Both the position numbers and the translations under genes were made by a program. From positions 32,001 through 96,000 of the forward strand of contig CAVONQ010000014.1 of assembly GCA_963697335.1 (NCBI GenBank): a stretch of 64,000 nt of DNA. The letters are read 5' to 3'. Positions 60,599-64,000 of the stretch are shown here, one piece after another; within the stretch, counting starts at the first letter, position 1, and every line of letters begins with the position of its first letter. Origin of the DNA: an uncultured cyanobacterium (GTDB taxonomy: Bacteria; Cyanobacteriota; Cyanobacteriia; PCC-6307; Cyanobiaceae). The notes beneath the pieces are model-generated. The model made no database searches. It worked only from the letters and a program-made list of their open reading frames with translations, and was not told the origin of the DNA.

Positions 60599-63500
60599 CC
60601 ATTGCCGCAACGCCTGATCCGGGTCCGTGCATCACGGTGGACGGCAACGAGGCCGTCGCCCGGGTGGCCTACCGCCTCAACGAGGTGATCGCCCTCTACC
60701 CGATCACGCCGGCTTCGCCGATGGGGGAATGGGCTGATGCCTGGGCCGCCGAGGGGCGCCCCAATCTCTGGGGAGCGGTGCCGGAGGTGGTGGAGCTGCA
60801 GAGCGAGGCGGGGGCGGCCGGCACGGTGCACGGAGCCCTCCAGGCCGGGGCGCTCACCACCACCTTCACGGCCTCCCAGGGGCTGCTGTTGATGGTGCCC
60901 AACCTCTACAAGCTGGCCGGCGAGCTCACGCCTGCGGTGCTGCATGTGGCGGCCCGCTCCCTGGCGGCCCAGGGGCTCTCGATCTTCGGGGACCACAGCG
61001 ACGTGATGGCCACCCGGGGCAGCGGCTGCGGCATCCTCTGCTCCGCCTCGGTGCAGGAGGCCGCCGATGGCGCCGTGATCGCCGCCCGGGCCAGCCTGCT
61101 CAGCCGCGTGCCCTTCCTGCATGTCTTCGACGGCTTCCGCACCTCCCACGAAATCCAGAAGGTGCACGGCCTCGACGACGCGCTGCTGCGCCAGATGATC
61201 CCGGAGCAGGCGATCCGGGAGCACCGCGCCAGGGCCCTCAATCCGGCCCATCCGGTGCTGCGCGGCACCGCCCAGAACCCGGACGTCTACTTCCAGGCGC
61301 GGGAAGCGGTGAACCGGTTCTATGACGCTGCGCCGGGCCACCTGCTGGAGGCGATGGAGCGGTTCGCCGCCCTCACCGGCCGCCGCTACCGCCCCTACGA
61401 CTACGCCGGCCCCGCCGATGCCGAGCGGGTGCTGGTGCTGATGGGCTCGGGGGCCGAAACCGCCCTGGAGGCAAGCGAGGCCCTGCAGGCCCGCGGCGAG
61501 CGGGTGGGGGTGCTGAAGCTGCGCCTGTTCCGGCCCTTCGCGGCCCGCTGGCTGGTGGAGGCCCTGCCCGCCAGCACCCGGGCGATCGCCGTGCTGGATC
61601 GCTGCAAGGAGCCCGGGGCGCCGGGGGAGCCGCTCTACCTCGACGTGCTCGCCGCCGTCAGCGAGGAGTGGCGCCAGGTGCATGGCCTCAAGCAGCCGCC
61701 CCTGTTGCTGGGGGGGCGCTATGGCCTCTCCTCCAAGGAGTTCACCCCGGCGATGGTGAAGGCCGTGTTCGATCACCTCCAGGCGGCGCTCGCCTGCCCA
61801 GGGGATGGTCCAAGGCCCCTCAATCACTTCACGGTGGGCATCCACGACGACGTGACCCGGCGCTCGCTGGCCCTCGACGGGGCCTTCGTCACCGAGCGTC
61901 CCCGGGCCGAGAGCGGCCAGGTGCGGGCCGTGTTCTACGGCCTCGGCTCCGATGGCACGGTGGGTGCCAACAAGGCCGCCATCAAGATCATCGGCGAGGG
62001 CACCGATCTGCATGCCCAGGGCTACTTCGTCTACGACTCCAAGAAGGCGGGCTCGGTCACGGTGTCGCACCTGCGCTTCGGGCCGCAGCCGATCCGCTCC
62101 ACCTACCTGATCCAGCGGCCCACCTTCGTGGCCTGCCACCAGTGGGACTTCCTGCGCCGCTTCGATCTGCTGGCCGGCATCGAGCCCGGCGCGGTGCTGC
62201 TGCTGAACAGCCCGTTCGAGCGGGCCGAAACCTGGATCCGGCTGCCCGCAGCCCTGCGGCAGCAGATCAGGGACGCCGACCTGCAGGTGCATCAGATCAA
62301 CGCCGAGCGGGTGGCCCGCGAGGCCGGCATGGGCCCCCACATCAACACCGTGATGCAGGCCTGTTTCTTTGCCCTCAGCGGCGTGCTGCCCCGGGAGGAG
62401 GCGATGGCCCGCATCCGCGCCTCGATCCACCACAACTACGGCCGCAAGGGCGAGGCGGTGGTGGCGATGAATCTGGCGGCCCTCGACGCCAGCCTCGATC
62501 ACCTGGAGCCCGTCGACTGGCGCCTGCTCGACGCCCAGGCTGCCGCAGACAGCAGCGACGGCCAGGCTGCCACACCCCATCCGGCCACCCTGCCTGGGCC
62601 GGGCGAGCGCCTGGCCAGCGCGCCGGCCTTTGTGCGGGAGGTGATCGGGCCGATGCTGGAGCGCCGCGGGGACGGGCTGCCGGTGAGCGCCCTGCCCTGT
62701 GATGGCACCTGGCCTGTGGGCACGGCCCAGTGGGAGAAGCGCAACATCGCCACGGCCGTGCCGGTGTGGGAGAGCGACCTCTGCGTGCAGTGCGGCAAGT
62801 GCGTGCTGGTGTGTCCCCACGGGGTGATCCGCGCCAAGGTGGCGGAGCCTGAGGCCTTCTCGGCGGCGCCTGAGGGGTTTCGCACCGCCCCCTGCCGGGA
62901 CCGGACGTTCGCCGGCCAGACCTTCACCCTGCAGGTGGCCGTTGAAGACTGCACCGGCTGCTCCCTGTGCGTGGAGGTCTGCCCGGTTCGCGATCGCCTT
63001 CAGCCGAAGCGCAAGGCGATCAACATGGCCCCCCAGCGTCCGCAGCTGCCGGCCGCCCGCGGCCACTGGGACTTCTTCCTGCAGCTGCCCAATCCGCCCC
63101 GGGAGCAGCTGGATCCGCACCGCGTCGCGCACCAGCAGTGGCTGGAGCCCCTGTTCGCCTTCTCGGGCGCCTGCGCCGGCTGTGGCGAAACCCCCTACCT
63201 CAAGCTGGCCAGCCAGCTGTTCGGCGATCGCATGCTGGTGGCCAATGCCACCGGTTGCAGCTCCATCTACGGCGGCAACCTGCCCACCACCCCCTGGAGC
63301 GCCAATGCCGAGGGGCGGGGCCCCGCCTGGAGCAACTCCCTCTTTGAAGACAACGCCGAGTTCGGCTACGGCATGCGGGTGGCCCTGGATCAGCAGCGCA
63401 GCACGGCCCTCGACCTGCTGGCTCAACTGGCGCCGCTGCTGCCGCCCAAACTGGTGGAGGCGACCAGTGAGGTCGGTGAGGGCGGTGAGGCCGCGATCCT

Positions 63501-64000
63501 GGAGCAGCGCCAGCGGGTGGCGGAGTTGAAGCGCTGCCTGCAGCAGTTGCTCGGCCTCGATGGCGGCCAGGAGTCGGCTGGGCTGAGCGGCTCCGATCGC
63601 CCGCTGGCCGAACGCCTGCTGGATCTGGCCGATGCCCTCACCAAGACCAGCGTTTGGCTGGTGGGCGGTGATGGCTGGGCCTACGACATCGGTTTCGGCG
63701 GGCTCGACCACGTGCTGGCCAGCGGTCGCGATCTGAATGTGCTGGTGCTCGACACCGAGGTGTACTCCAACACCGGTGGTCAGGCCTCCAAGGCCACACC
63801 GCTCGGGGCCGTGGCCAAGTTCGCGGCCTCGGGCAAGGCCGCCGCCAAGAAGGATCTGGGCCTGATGGCGATGACCTACGGCCACGTCTATGTGGCCAGC
63901 GTGGCGATGGGCGCCCGCGACGAGCACACGATCCGGGCCTTCCTGGAGGCCGAGAGCTATCCGGGCCCGTCCCTGATCCTGGCCTACTCCCACTGCATCG
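60595..64000 (+). CDS. nifJ: Pyruvate:ferredoxin/flavodoxin oxidoreductase; runs off the window edge
   Basis: Manual translation: DGNEAVA...YPITPASPMGE, QSEAGAAG, CVQCGKC..VCP, GACAGCGET, GGDGWAYDIG. Confidence 0.96.
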   Translation, partial: MTIAATPDPGPCITVDGNEAVARVAYRLNEVIALYPITPASPMGEWADAWAAEGRPNLWGAVPEVVELQSEAGAAGTVHGALQAGALTTTFTASQGLLLMVPNLYKLAGELTPAVLHVAARSLAAQGLSIFGDHSDVMATRGSGCGILCSASVQEAADGAVIAARASLLSRVPFLHVFDGFRTSHEIQKVHGLDDALLRQMIPEQAIREHRARALNPAHPVLRGTAQNPDVYFQAREAVNRFYDAAPGHLLEAMERFAALTGRRYRPYDYAGPADAERVLVLMGSGAETALEASEALQARGERVGVLKLRLFRPFAARWLVEALPASTRAIAVLDRCKEPGAPGEPLYLDVLAAVSEEWRQVHGLKQPPLLLGGRYGLSSKEFTPAMVKAVFDHLQAALACPGDGPRPLNHFTVGIHDDVTRRSLALDGAFVTERPRAESGQVRAVFYGLGSDGTVGANKAAIKIIGEGTDLHAQGYFVYDSKKAGSVTVSHLRFGPQPIRSTYLIQRPTFVACHQWDFLRRFDLLAGIEPGAVLLLNSPFERAETWIRLPAALRQQIRDADLQVHQINAERVAREAGMGPHINTVMQACFFALSGVLPREEAMARIRASIHHNYGRKGEAVVAMNLAALDASLDHLEPVDWRLLDAQAAADSSDGQAATPHPATLPGPGERLASAPAFVREVIGPMLERRGDGLPVSALPCDGTWPVGTAQWEKRNIATAVPVWESDLCVQCGKCVLVCPHGVIRAKVAEPEAFSAAPEGFRTAPCRDRTFAGQTFTLQVAVEDCTGCSLCVEVCPVRDRLQPKRKAINMAPQRPQLPAARGHWDFFLQLPNPPREQLDPHRVAHQQWLEPLFAFSGACAGCGETPYLKLASQLFGDRMLVANATGCSSIYGGNLPTTPWSANAEGRGPAWSNSLFEDNAEFGYGMRVALDQQRSTALDLLAQLAPLLPPKLVEATSEVGEGGEAAILEQRQRVAELKRCLQQLLGLDGGQESAGLSGSDRPLAERLLDLADALTKTSVWLVGGDGWAYDIGFGGLDHVLASGRDLNVLVLDTEVYSNTGGQASKATPLGAVAKFAASGKAAAKKDLGLMAMTYGHVYVASVAMGARDEHTIRAFLEAESYPGPSLILAYSHCI

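Noticed and set aside
60349..63993. 1214-aa minus-strand ORF and other long antisense ORFs (e.g. 438-1454, 35193-37358, 43126-45306, 57126-59894)
   Set aside because: Shadows of well-supported opposite-strand genes in high-GC DNA; no motifs.

Overview
High-GC picocyanobacterial DNA (Cyanobium/Synechococcus-like; inferred from hli genes, HLR1 boxes, glgX-hup-gluQ and hoxEFUYH). (1) A GPH/MFS transporter and tRNA-Gly(TCC) are followed by about 33 kb of accessory DNA. This holds toxin-antitoxin modules (several with broken toxins), a frameshifted primase-helicase, a small integrase-less cassette remnant, a P450, a copper block with three matching MerR-type promoters, a lipid acyltransferase/hydrolase pair, three hli genes, two cobalamin riboswitches (before hupE and before a fatty-acid desaturase) and phoX. 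(2) Core-like glgX/MBL/hup/gluQ. (3) A bidirectional hydrogenase locus, hoxEFUYH-hoxW-hypABFC-nifJ, interrupted twice. Between hoxH and hoxW is an integron-type array (attI-like site plus five attC sites, no intI in the window) carrying an unknown protein, a TIR-like protein, a papain/alpha-beta-hydrolase fusion and TA modules. Between hoxW and hypA are a DUF2282/DUF692/DUF2063 (bufferin-like RiPP) cluster and selO. All family calls are by motif recognition by eye; no searches were run, and several start codons are uncertain.
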